Source: Eledone cirrhosa (lineage: Eukaryota). From it: a stretch of DNA of 64,000 nt. The notes under the pieces are model-generated. The model was not told where the DNA came from. It was given only the letters and a program-made list of their open reading frames with translations, and searched no databases. Shown piece by piece: positions 41,201 to 54,400 of this stretch (within the stretch, counting starts at the first letter, position 1; the number at the start of each line of letters is the position of its first letter). A program made the translations under genes and the position numbers. The stretch is from contig CAXHJY010000598.1 of assembly GCA_964016885.1 (NCBI GenBank), positions 49,312 through 113,311 on the forward strand, read 5' to 3'.

Positions 41201-44200
41201 GACGATTTGCCGGCGGAGTTACCTTTTCAATCGCGGGCCGGCCGCCCGTGGTCGGATCGATCTGTAATTACTGGTACATGTGCAGACACTCATTGGCTAT
41301 GTGTGGCGTGAATTTCAGCAAGATATCTCCGTAAAATCAATAGTTGTGGCTGTGGAACCAAACCGTGTTAAACGTCAACAATGTCCGCCGGCGAATGGTG
41401 TGCTTCGAAGAAAACGAATCCAAAAATGACGATTTGCCGGCGGAGTTACCTTTTCAATTGCGGGCCGGCCGCCCGTGGTCGGATCGATCTGTAATTACTG
41501 GTACATGTGCAGACACTCATTGGCTATGTGCGGCGTGAATTTCAGCAAGATATCTCCGTAAAATCAATAGTTGTGGCTGTGGAACCAAACCGTGTTAAAC
41601 GTCAACAAAGTCCGCCGGCGAATGGTGTGCTTCGAAGAAAACGAATCCAAAAATGACGATTTGCCGGCGGAGTTACCTTTTCAATCGCGGGCCGGCCGCC
41701 CGTGGTCGGATCGATCTGTAATTACTGGTACATGTGCAGACACTCATTGGCTATGTGTGGCGTGAATTTCAGCAAGATATCTCCGTAAAATCAATAGTTG
41801 TGGCTGTGGAACCAAACCGTGTTAAACGTCAACAAAGTCCGCCGGCGAATGGTGTGCTTCGAAGAAAACGAATCCAAAAATGACGATTTGCCGGCGGAGT
41901 TACCTTTTCAATCGCGGGCCGGCCGCCCGTGGTCGGATAGATCTGTAATTACTGGTACATGTGCAGACACTCATTGGCTATGTGCGGCGTGAATTTCAGC
42001 AAGATATCTCCGTAAAATCAATAGTTGTGGCTGTGGAACCAAACCGTGTTAAACGTCAACAAAGTCCGCCGGCGAATGGTGTGCTTCGAAGAAAACGAAT
42101 CCAAAAATGACGATTTGCCGGCGGAGTTACCTTTTCAATCGCGGGCCGGCCGCCCGTGGTCGGATCGATCTGTAATTACTGGTACATGTGCGGACACTCA
42201 TTGGCTATGTGCGGCGTGAATTTCAGCAAGATATCTCCGTAAAATCAATAGTTGTGGCTGTGGAACCAAACCGTGTTAAACGTCAACAAAGTCCGCCGGC
42301 GAATGGTGTGCTTCGAAGAAAACGAATCCAAAAATGACGATTTGCCGGCGGAGTTACCTTTTCAATCGCGGGCCGGCCGCCCGTGGTCAGATCGATCTGT
42401 AATTACTGGTACATGTGCAGACACTCATTGGCTATGTGTGGCGTGAATTTCAGCAAGATATCTCCGTAAATTCAATAGTTGTGGCTGTGGAACCAAACCG
42501 TGTTAAACGTCAACAAAGTCCGCCGGCGAATGGTGTGCTTCGAAGAAAACGAATCCAAAAATGACGATTTGCCGGCGGAGTTACCTTTTTAATCGCGGGC
42601 CGGCCGCCCGTGGTCGGATCGATCTGTAATTACTGGTACATGTGCAGACACTCATTGGCTATGTGTGGCGTGAATTTCAGCAAGATATCTCCGTAAAATC
42701 AATAGTTGTGGCTGTGGAACCAAACCGTGTTAAACGTCAACAATGTCCGCCGGCGAATGGTGTGCTTCGAAGAAAACGAATCCAAAAATGACGATTTGCC
42801 GGCGGAGTTACCTTTTCAATCGCGGGCCGGCCGCCCGTGGTCGGATCGATCTGTAATTACTGGTACATGTGCAGACACTCATTGGCTATGTGCGGCGTGA
42901 ATTTCAGCAAGATATCTCCGTAAAATCAATAGTTGTGGCTGTGGAACCAAACCGTGTTAAACGTCAACAAAGTCCGCCGGCGAATGGTGTGCTTCGAAGA
43001 AAACGAATCCAAAAATGACGATTTGCCGGCGGAGTTACCTTTTCAATCGCGGGCCGGCCGCCCGTGGTCGGATCGATCTGTAATTACTGGTACATGTGCA
43101 GACACTCATTGGCTATGTGCGGCGTGAATTTCAGCAAGATATCTCCGTAAAATCAATAGTTGTGGCTGTGGAACCAAACCGTGTTAAACGTCAACAAAGT
43201 CCGCCGGCGAATGGTGTGCTTCGAAGAAAACGAATCCAAAAATGACGATTTGCCGGCGGAGTTACCTTTTCAATCGCGGGCCGGCCGCCCGTGGTCGGAT
43301 CGATCTGTAATTACTGGTACATGTGCAGACACTCATTGGCTATGTGCGGCGTGAATTTCAGCAAGATATCTCCGTAAAATCAATAGTTGTGGCTGTGGAA
43401 CCAAACCGTGTTAAACGTCAACAAAGTCCGCCGGCGAATGGTGTGCTTCGAAGAAAACGAATCCAAAAATGACGATTTGCCGGCGGAGTTACCTTTTCAA
43501 TCGCGGGCCGGCCGCCCGTGGTCGGATCGATCTGTAATTACTGGTACATGTGCAGACACTCATTGGCTATGTGCGGCGTGAATTTCAGCAAGATATCTCC
43601 GTAAAATCAATAGTTGTGGCTGTGGAACCAAACCGTGTTAAACGTCAACAAAGTCCGCCGGCGAATGGTGTGCTTCGAAGAAAACGAATCCAAAAATGAC
43701 GATTTGCCGGCGGAGTTACCTTTTCAATCGCGGGCCGGCCGCCCGTGGTCGGATCGATCTGTAATTACTGGTACATGTGCAGACACTCATTGGCTATGTG
43801 TGGCGTGAATTTCAGCAAGATATCTCCGTAAAATCAATAGTTGTGGCTGTGGAACCAAACCGTGTTAAACGTCAACAATGTCCGCCGGCGAATGGTGTGC
43901 TTCGAAGAAAACGAATCCAAAAATGACGATTTGCCGGCGGAGTTACCTTTTCAATTGCGGGCCGGCCGCCCGTGGTCGGATCGATCTGTAATTACTGGTA
44001 CATATGCAGACACTCATTGGCTATGTGCGGCGTGAATTTCAGCAAGATATCTCCGTAAAATCAATAGTTGTGGCTGTGGAACCAAACCGTGTTAAACGTC
44101 AACAAAGTCCGCCGGCGAATGGTGTGCTTCGAAGAAAACGAATCCAAAAATGACGATTTGCCGGCGGAGTTACCTTTTCAATCGCGGGCCGGCCGCCCGT

Positions 44201-47200
44201 GGTCGGATCGATCTGTAATTACTGGTACATGTGCAGACACTCATTGGCTATGTGGGGCGTGAATTTCAGCAAGATATCTCCGTTAATTCAATAGTTGTGG
44301 CTGTGGAACCAAACCGTGTTAAACGTCAACAAAGTCCGCCGGCGAATGGTGTGCTTCGAAGAAAACGAATCCAAAAATGACGATTTGCCGGCGGAGTTAC
44401 CTTTTCAATCGCGGGCCGGCCGCCCGTGGTCGGATCGATCTGTAATTACTGGTACATGTGCAGACACTCATTGGCTATGTGTGGCGTGAATTTCAGCAAG
44501 ATATCTCCGTAAAATCAATAGTTGTGGCTGTGGAACCAAACCGTGTTAAACGTCAACAAAGTCCGCCGGCGAATGGTGTGCTTCGAAGAAAACGAATCCA
44601 AAAATGACGATTTGCCGGCGGAGTTACCTTTTCAATCGCGGGCCGGCCGCCCGTGGTCGGATCGATCTGTAATTACTGGTACATGTGCAGACACTCATTG
44701 GCTATGTGCGGCGTGAATTTCAGCAAGATATCTCCGTAAAATCAATAGTTGTGGCTGTGGAACCAAACCGTGTTAAACGTCAACAAAGTCCGCCGGCGAA
44801 TGGTGTGCTTCGAAGAAAACGAATCCAAAAATGACGATTTGTCGGCGGAGTTACCTTTTCAATCGCGGGCCGGCCGCCCGTGGTCGGATCGATCTGTAAT
44901 TACTGGTACATGTGCAGACACTCATTGGCTATGTGCGGCGTGAATTTCAGCAAGATATCTCCGTAAAATCAATAGTTGTGGCTGTGGAACCAAACCGTGT
45001 TAAACGTCAACAAAGTCCGCCGGCGAATGGTGTGCTTCGAAGAAAACGAATCCAAAAATGACGATTTGCCGGCGGAGTTACCTTTTCAATCGCGGGCCGG
45101 CCGCCCGTGGTCGGATCGATCTGTAATTACTGGTACATGTGCAGACACTCATTGGCTATGTGCGGCGTGAATTTCAGCAAGATATCTCCGTAAAATCAAT
45201 AGTTGTGGCTGTGGAACCAAACCGTGTTAAACGTCAACAAAGTCCGCCGGCGAATGGTGTGCTTCGAAGAAAACGAATCCAAAAATGACGATTTGCCGGC
45301 GGAGTTACCTTTTCAATCGCGGGCCGGCCGCCCGTGGTCGGATCGATCTGTAATTACTGGTACATGTGCAGACACTCATTGGCTATGTGTGGCGTGAATT
45401 TCAGCAAGATATCTCCGTAAATTCAATAGTTGTGGCTGTGGAACCAAACCGTGTTAAACGTCAACAAAGTCCGCCGGCGAATGGTGTGCTTCGAAGAAAA
45501 CGAATCCAAAAATGACGATTTGCCGGCGGAGTTACCTTTTCAATCGCGGGCCGGCCGCCCGTGGTCGGATCGATCTGTAATTACTGGTACATGTGCAGAC
45601 ACTCATTGGCTATGTGTGGCGTGAATTTCAGCAAGATATCTCCGTAAAATCAATAGTTGTGGCTGTGGAACCAAACCGTGTTAAACGTCAACAAAGTCCG
45701 CCGGCGAATGGTGTGCTTCGAAGAAAACGAATCCAAAAATGACGATTTGCCGGCGGAGTTACCTTTTCAATCGCGGGCCGGCCGCCCGTGGTCGGATCGA
45801 TCTGTAATTACTGGTACATGTGCAGACACTCATTGGCTATGTGTGGCGTGAATTTCAGCAAGATATCTCCGTAAAATCAATAGTTGTGGCTGTGGAACCA
45901 AACCGTGTTAAACGTCAACAAAGTCCGCCGGCGAATGGTGTGCTTCGAAGAAAACGAATCCAAAAATGACGATTTGCCGGCGGAGTTACCTTTTCAATCG
46001 CGGGCCGGCCGCCCGTGGTCGGATAGATCTGTAATTACTGGTACATGTGCAGACACTCATTGGCTATGTGCGGCGTGAATTTCAGCAAGATATCTCCGTA
46101 AAATCAATAGTTGTGGCTGTGGAACCAAACCGTGTTAAACGTCAACAAAGTCCGCCGGCGAATGGTGTGCTTCGAAGAAAACGAATCCAAAAATGACGAT
46201 TTGCCGGCGGAGTTACCTTTTCAATCGCGGGCCGGCCGCCCGTGGTCGGATCGATCTGTAATTACTGGTACATGTGCGGACACTCATTGGCTATGTGCGG
46301 CGTGAATTTCAGCAAGATATCTCCGTAAAATCAATAGTTGTGGCTGTGGAACCAAACCGTGTTAAACGTCAACAAAGTCCGCCGGCGAATGGTGTGCTTC
46401 GAAGAAAACGAATCCAAAAATGACGATTTGCCGGCGGAGTTACCTTTTCAATCGCGGGCCGGCCGCCCGTGGTCAGATCGATCTGTAATTACTGGTACAT
46501 GTGCAGACACTCATTGGCTATGTGTGGCGTGAATTTCAGCAAGATATCTCCGTAAATTCAATAGTTGTGGCTGTGGAACCAAACCGTGTTAAACGTCAAC
46601 AAAGTCCGCCGGCGAATGGTGTGCTTCGAAGAAAACGAATCCAAAAATGACGATTTGCCGGCGGAGTTACCTTTTTAATCGCGGGCCGGCCGCCCGTGGT
46701 CGGATCGATCTGTAATTACTGGTACATGTGCAGACACTCATTGGCTATGTGTGGCGTGAATTTCAGCAAGATATCTCCGTAAAATCAATAGTTGTGGCTG
46801 TGGAACCAAACCGTGTTAAACGTCAACAATGTCCGCCGGCGAATGGTGTGCTTCGAAGAAAACGAATCCAAAAATGACGATTTGTCGGCGGAGTTACCTT
46901 TTCAATCGCGGGCCGGCCGCCCGTGGTCGGATCGATCTGTAATTACTGGTACATGTGCAGACACTCATTGGCTATGTGCGGCGTGAATTTCAGCAAGATA
47001 TCTCCGTAAAATCAATAGTTGTGGCTGTGGAACCAAACCGTGTTAAACGTCAACAAAGTCCGCCGGCGAATGGTGTGCTTCGAAGAAAACGAATCCAAAA
47101 ATGACGATTTGCCGGCGGAGTTACCTTTTCAATCGCGGGCCGGCCGCCCGTGGTCGGATCGATCTGTAATTACTGGTACATGTGCAGACACTCATTGGCT

Positions 47201-50200
47201 ATGTGCGGCGTGAATTTCAGCAAGATATCTCCGTAAAATCAATAGTTGTGGCTGTGGAACCAAACCGTGTTAAACGTCAACAAAGTCCGCCGGCGAATGG
47301 TGTGCTTCGAAGAAAACGAATCCAAAAATGACGATTTGCCGGCGGAGTTACCTTTTCAATCGCGGGCCGGCCGCCCGTGGTCGGATCGATCTGTAATTAC
47401 TGGTACATGTGCAGACACTCATTGGCTATGTGCGGCGTGAATTTCAGCAAGATATCTCCGTAAAATCAATAGTTGTGGCTGTGGAACCAAACCGTGTTAA
47501 ACGTCAACAAAGTCCGCCGGCGAATGGTGTGCTTCGAAGAAAACGAATCCAAAAATGACGATTTGCCGGCGGAGTTACCTTTTCAATCGCGGGCCGGCCG
47601 CCCGTGGTCGGATCGATCTGTAATTACTGGTACATGTGCAGACACTCATTGGCTATGTGCGGCGTGAATTTCAGCAAGATATCTCCGTAAAATCAATAGT
47701 TGTGGCTGTGGAACCAAACCGTGTTAAACGTCAACAAAGTCCGCCGGCGAATGGTGTGCTTCGAAGAAAACGAATCCAAAAATGACGATTTGCCGGCGGA
47801 GTTACCTTTTCAATCGCGGGCCGGCCGCCCGTGGTCGGATCGATCTGTAATTACTGGTACATGTGCAGACACTCATTGGCTATGTGTGGCGTGAATTTCA
47901 GCAAGATATCTCCGTAAAATCAATAGTTGTGGCTGTGGAACCAAACCGTGTTAAACGTCAACAATGTCCGCCGGCGAATGGTGTGCTTCGAAGAAAACGA
48001 ATCCAAAAATGACGATTTGCCGGCGGAGTTACCTTTTCAATTGCGGGCCGGCCGCCCGTGGTCGGATCGATCTGTAATTACTGGTACATGTGCAGACACT
48101 CATTGGCTATGTGCGGCGTGAATTTCAGCAAGATATCTCCGTAAAATCAATAGTTGTGGCTGTGGAACCAAACCGTGTTAAACGTCAACAAAGTCCGCCG
48201 GCGAATGGTGTGCTTCGAAGAAAACGAATCCAAAAATGACGATTTGCCGGCGGAGTTACCTTTTCAATCGCGGGCCGGCCGCCCGTGGTCGGATCGATCT
48301 GTAATTACTGGTACATGTGCAGACACTCATTGGCTATGTGTGGCGTGAATTTCAGCAAGATATCTCCGTAAAATCAATAGTTGTGGCTGTGGAACCAAAC
48401 CGTGTTAAACGTCAACAAAGTCCGCCGGCGAATGGTGTGCTTCGAAGAAAACGAATCCAAAAATGACGATTTGCCGGCGGAGTTACCTTTTCAATCGCGG
48501 GCCGGCCGCCCGTGGTCGGATAGATCTGTAATTACTGGTACATGTGCAGACACTCATTGGCTATGTGCGGCGTGAATTTCAGCAAGATATCTCCGTAAAA
48601 TCAATAGTTGTGGCTGTGGAACCAAACCGTGTTAAACGTCAACAAAGTCCGCCGGCGAATGGTGTGCTTCGAAGAAAACGAATCCAAAAATGACGATTTG
48701 CCGGCGGAGTTACCTTTTCAATCGCGGGCCGGCCGCCCGTGGTCGGATCGATCTGTAATTACTGGTACATGTGCGGACACTCATTGGCTATGTGCGGCGT
48801 GAATTTCAGCAAGATATCTCCGTAAAATCAATAGTTGTGGCTGTGGAACCAAACCGTGTTAAACGTCAACAAAGTCCGCCGGCGAATGGTGTGCTTCGAA
48901 GAAAACGAATCCAAAAATGACGATTTGCCGGCGGAGTTACCTTTTCAATCGCGGGCCGGCCGCCCGTGGTCAGATCGATCTGTAATTACTGGTACATGTG
49001 CAGACACTCATTGGCTATGTGTGGCGTGAATTTCAGCAAGATATCTCCGTAAATTCAATAGTTGTGGCTGTGGAACCAAACCGTGTTAAACGTCAACAAA
49101 GTCCGCCGGCGAATGGTGTGCTTCGAAGAAAACGAATCCAAAAATGACGATTTGCCGGCGGAGTTACCTTTTTAATCGCGGGCCGGCCGCCCGTGGTCGG
49201 ATCGATCTGTAATTACTGGTACATGTGCAGACACTCATTGGCTATGTGTGGCGTGAATTTCAGCAAGATATCTCCGTAAAATCAATAGTTGTGGCTGTGG
49301 AACCAAACCGTGTTAAACGTCAACAATGTCCGCCGGCGAATGGTGTGCTTCGAAGAAAACGAATCCAAAAATGACGATTTGCCGGCGGAGTTACCTTTTC
49401 AATCGCGGGCCGGCCGCCCGTGGTCGGATCGATCTGTAATTACTGGTACATGTGCAGACACTCATTGGCTATGTGCGGCGTGAATTTCAGCAAGATATCT
49501 CCGTAAAATCAATAGTTGTGGCTGTGGAACCAAACCGTGTTAAACGTCAACAAAGTCCGCCGGCGAATGGTGTGCTTCGAAGAAAACGAATCCAAAAATG
49601 ACGATTTGCCGGCGGAGTTACCTTTTCAATCGCGGGCCGGCCGCCCGTGGTCGGATCGATCTGTAATTACTGGTACATGTGCAGACACTCATTGGCTATG
49701 TGCGGCGTGAATTTCAGCAAGATATCTCCGTAAAATCAATAGTTGTGGCTGTGGAACCAAACCGTGTTAAACGTCAACAAAGTCCGCCGGCGAATGGTGT
49801 GCTTCGAAGAAAACGAATCCAAAAATGACGATTTGCCGGCGGAGTTACCTTTTCAATCGCGGGCCGGCCGCCCGTGGTCGGATCGATCTGTAATTACTGG
49901 TACATGTGCAGACACTCATTGGCTATGTGCGGCGTGAATTTCAGCAAGATATCTCCGTAAAATCAATAGTTGTGGCTGTGGAACCAAACCGTGTTAAACG
50001 TCAACAAAGTCCGCCGGCGAATGGTGTGCTTCGAAGAAAACGAATCCAAAAATGACGATTTGCCGGCGGAGTTACCTTTTCAATCGCGGGCCGGCCGCCC
50101 GTGGTCGGATCGATCTGTAATTACTGGTACATGTGCAGACACTCATTGGCTATGTGCGGCGTGAATTTCAGCAAGATATCTCCGTAAAATCAATAGTTGT

Positions 50201-51424
50201 GGCTGTGGAACCAAACCGTGTTAAACGTCAACAAAGTCCGCCGGCGAATGGTGTGCTTCGAAGAAAACGAATCCAAAAATGACGATTTGCCGGCGGAGTT
50301 ACCTTTTCAATCGCGGGCCGGCCGCCCGTGGTCGGATCGATCTGTAATTACTGGTACATGTGCAGACACTCATTGGCTATGTGTGGCGTGAATTTCAGCA
50401 AGATATCTCCGTAAAATCAATAGTTGTGGCTGTGGAACCAAACCGTGTTAAACGTCAACAATGTCCGCCGGCGAATGGTGTGCTTCGAAGAAAACGAATC
50501 CAAAAATGACGATTTGCCGGCGGAGTTACCTTTTCAATTGCGGGCCGGCCGCCCGTGGTCGGATCGATCTGTAATTACTGGTACATATGCAGACACTCAT
50601 TGGCTATGTGCGGCGTGAATTTCAGCAAGATATCTCCGTAAAATCAATAGTTGTGGCTGTGGAACCAAACCGTGTTAAACGTCAACAAAGTCCGCCGGCG
50701 AATGGTGTGCTTCGAAGAAAACGAATCCAAAAATGACGATTTGCCGGCGGAGTTACCTTTTCAATCGCGGGCCGGCCGCCCGTGGTCGGATCGATCTGTA
50801 ATTACTGGTACATGTGCAGACACTCATTGGCTATGTGGGGCGTGAATTTCAGCAAGATATCTCCGTTAATTCAATAGTTGTGGCTGTGGAACCAAACCGT
50901 GTTAAACGTCAACAAAGTCCGCCGGCGAATGGTGTGCTTCGAAGAAAACGAATCCAAAAATGACGATTTGCCGGCGGAGTTACCTTTTCAATCGCGGGCC
51001 GGCCGCCCGTGGTCGGATCGATCTGTAATTACTGGTACATGTGCAGACACTCATTGGCTATGTGTGGCGTGAATTTCAGCAAGATATCTCCGTAAAATCA
51101 ATAGTTGTGGCTGTGGAACCAAACCGTGTTAAACGTCAACAAAGTCCGCCGGCGAATGGTGTGCTTCGAAGAAAACGAATCCAAAAATGACGATTTGCCG
51201 GCGGAGTTACCTTTTCAATCGCGGGCCGGCCGCCCGTGGTCGGATCGATCTGTAATTACTGGTACATGTGCAGACACTCATTGGCTATGTGCGGCGTGAA
51301 TTTCAGCAAGATATCTCCGTAAAATCAATAGTTGTGGCTGTGGAACCAAACCGTGTTAAACGTCAACAAAGTCCGCCGGCGAATGGTGTGCTTCGAAGAA
51401 AACGAATCCAAAAATGACGATTTG
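38205..51424. repeat. Tandem duplication of a 29-monomer (6583-bp) block
   Basis: Rare markers repeat at an offset of 6583: C123T (ORFs 38166/44749 and 40209/46792), C145T (41344/47927), G193A (43841/50424), C217G (44068/50651) and C141T gaps (39982/46565, 42479/49062). Confidence 0.9.
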
Positions 51425-54400
51425 CCGGCGGAGTTACCTTTTCAATCGCGGGCCGGCCGCCCGTGGTCGGATCGATCTGTAATTACTGGTACATGTGCAG
51501 ACACTCATTGGCTATGTGTGGCGTGAATTTCAGCAAGATATCTCCGTAAATTCAATAGTTGTGGCTGTGGAACCAAACCGTGTTAAACGTCAACAATGTC
51601 CGCCGGCGAATGGTGTGCTTCGAAGAAAACGAATCCAAAAATGACGATTTGCCGGCGGAGTTACCTTTTCAATTGCGGGCCGGCCGCCCGTGGTCGGATC
51701 GATCTGTAATTACTGGTACATGTGCAGACACTCATTGGCTATGTGCGGCGTGAATTTCAGCAAGATATCTCCGTAAAATCAATAGTTGTGGCTGTGGAAC
51801 CAAACCGTGTTAAACGTCAACAAAGTCCGCCGGCGAATGGTGTGCTTCGAAGAAAACGAATCCAAAAATGACGATTTGCCGGCGGAGTTACCTTTTCAAT
51901 CGCGGGCCGGCCGCCCGTGGTCGGATCGATCTGTAATTACTGGTACATGTGCAGACACTCATTGGCTATGTGTGGCGTGAATTTCAGCAAGATATCTCCG
52001 TAAAATCAATAGTTGTGGCTGTGGAACCAAACCGTGTTAAACGTCAACAAAGTCCGCCGGCGAATGGTGTGCTTCGAAGAAAACGAATCCAAAAATGACG
52101 ATTTGCCGGCGGAGTTACCTTTTCAATCGCGGGCCGGCCGCCCGTGGTCGGATAGATCTGTAATTACTGGTACATGTGCAGACACTCATTGGCTATGTGC
52201 GGCGTGAATTTCAGCAAGATATCTCCGTAAAATCAATAGTTGTGGCTGTGGAACCAAACCGTGTTAAACGTCAACAAAGTCCGCCGGCGAATGGTGTGCT
52301 TCGAAGAAAACGAATCCAAAAATGACGATTTGCCGGCGGAGTTACCTTTTCAATCGCGGGCCGGCCGCCCGTGGTCGGATCGATCTGTAATTACTGGTAC
52401 ATGTGCGGACACTCATTGGCTATGTGCGGCGTGAATTTCAGCAAGATATCTCCGTAAAATCAATAGTTGTGGCTGTGGAACCAAACCGTGTTAAACGTCA
52501 ACAAAGTCCGCCGGCGAATGGTGTGCTTCGAAGAAAACGAATCCAAAAATGACGATTTGCCGGCGGAGTTACCTTTTCAATCGCGGGCCGGCCGCCCGTG
52601 GTCAGATCGATCTGTAATTACTGGTACATGTGCAGACACTCATTGGCTATGTGTGGCGTGAATTTCAGCAAGATATCTCCGTAAATTCAATAGTTGTGGC
52701 TGTGGAACCAAACCGTGTTAAACGTCAACAAAGTCCGCCGGCGAATGGTGTGCTTCGAAGAAAACGAATCCAAAAATGACGATTTGCCGGCGGAGTTACC
52801 TTTTCAATCGCGGGCCGGCCGCCCGTGGTCGGATCGATCTGTAATTACTGGTACATGTGCGGACACTCATTGGCTATGTGCGGCGTGAATTTCAGCAAGA
52901 TATCTCCGTAAAATCAATAGTTGTGGCTGTGGAACCAAACCGTGTTAAACGTCAACAAAGTCCGCCGGCGAATGGTGTGCTTCGAAGAAAACGAATCCAA
53001 AAATGACGATTTGCCGGCGGAGTTACCTTTTCAATCGCGGGCCGGCCGCCCGTGGTCAGATCGATCTGTAATTACTGGTACATGTGCAGACACTCATTGG
53101 CTATGTGTGGCGTGAATTTCAGCAAGATATCTCCGTAAATTCAATAGTTGTGGCTGTGGAACCAAACCGTGTTAAACGTCAACAAAGTCCGCCGGCGAAT
53201 GGTGTGCTTCGAAGAAAACGAATCCAAAAATGACGATTTGCCGGCGGAGTTACCTTTTTAATCGCGGGCCGGCCGCCCGTGGTCGGATCGATCTGTAATT
53301 ACTGGTACATGTGCAGACACTCATTGGCTATGTGTGGCGTGAATTTCAGCAAGATATCTCCGTAAATTCAATAGTTGTGGCTGTGGAACCAAACCGTGTT
53401 AAACGTCAACAATGTCCGCCGGCGAATGGTGTGCTTCGAAGAAAACGAATCCAAAAATGACGATTTGCCGGCGGAGTTACCTTTTCAATTGCGGGCCGGC
53501 CGCCCGTGGTCGGATCGATCTGTAATTACTGGTACATGTGCAGACACTCATTGGCTATGTGCGGCGTGAATTTCAGCAAGATATCTCCGTAAAATCAATA
53601 GTTGTGGCTGTGGAACCAAACCGTGTTAAACGTCAACAAAGTCCGCCGGCGAATGGTGTGCTTCGAAGAAAACGAATCCAAAAATGACGATTTGCCGGCG
53701 GAGTTACCTTTTCAATCGCGGGCCGGCCGCCCGTGGTCGGATCGATCTGTAATTACTGGTACATGTGCAGACACTCATTGGCTATGTGTGGCGTGAATTT
53801 CAGCAAGATATCTCCGTAAAATCAATAGTTGTGGCTGTGGAACCAAACCGTGTTAAACGTCAACAAAGTCCGCCGGCGAATGGTGTGCTTCGAAGAAAAC
53901 GAATCCAAAAATGACGATTTGCCGGCGGAGTTACCTTTTCAATCGCGGGCCGGCCGCCCGTGGTCGGATAGATCTGTAATTACTGGTACATGTGCAGACA
54001 CTCATTGGCTATGTGCGGCGTGAATTTCAGCAAGATATCTCCGTAAAATCAATAGTTGTGGCTGTGGAACCAAACCGTGTTAAACGTCAACAAAGTCCGC
54101 CGGCGAATGGTGTGCTTCGAAGAAAACGAATCCAAAAATGACGATTTGCCGGCGGAGTTACCTTTTCAATCGCGGGCCGGCCGCCCGTGGTCGGATCGAT
54201 CTGTAATTACTGGTACATGTGCGGACACTCATTGGCTATGTGCGGCGTGAATTTCAGCAAGATATCTCCGTAAAATCAATAGTTGTGGCTGTGGAACCAA
54301 ACCGTGTTAAACGTCAACAAAGTCCGCCGGCGAATGGTGTGCTTCGAAGAAAACGAATCCAAAAATGACGATTTGCCGGCGGAGTTACCTTTTCAATCGC

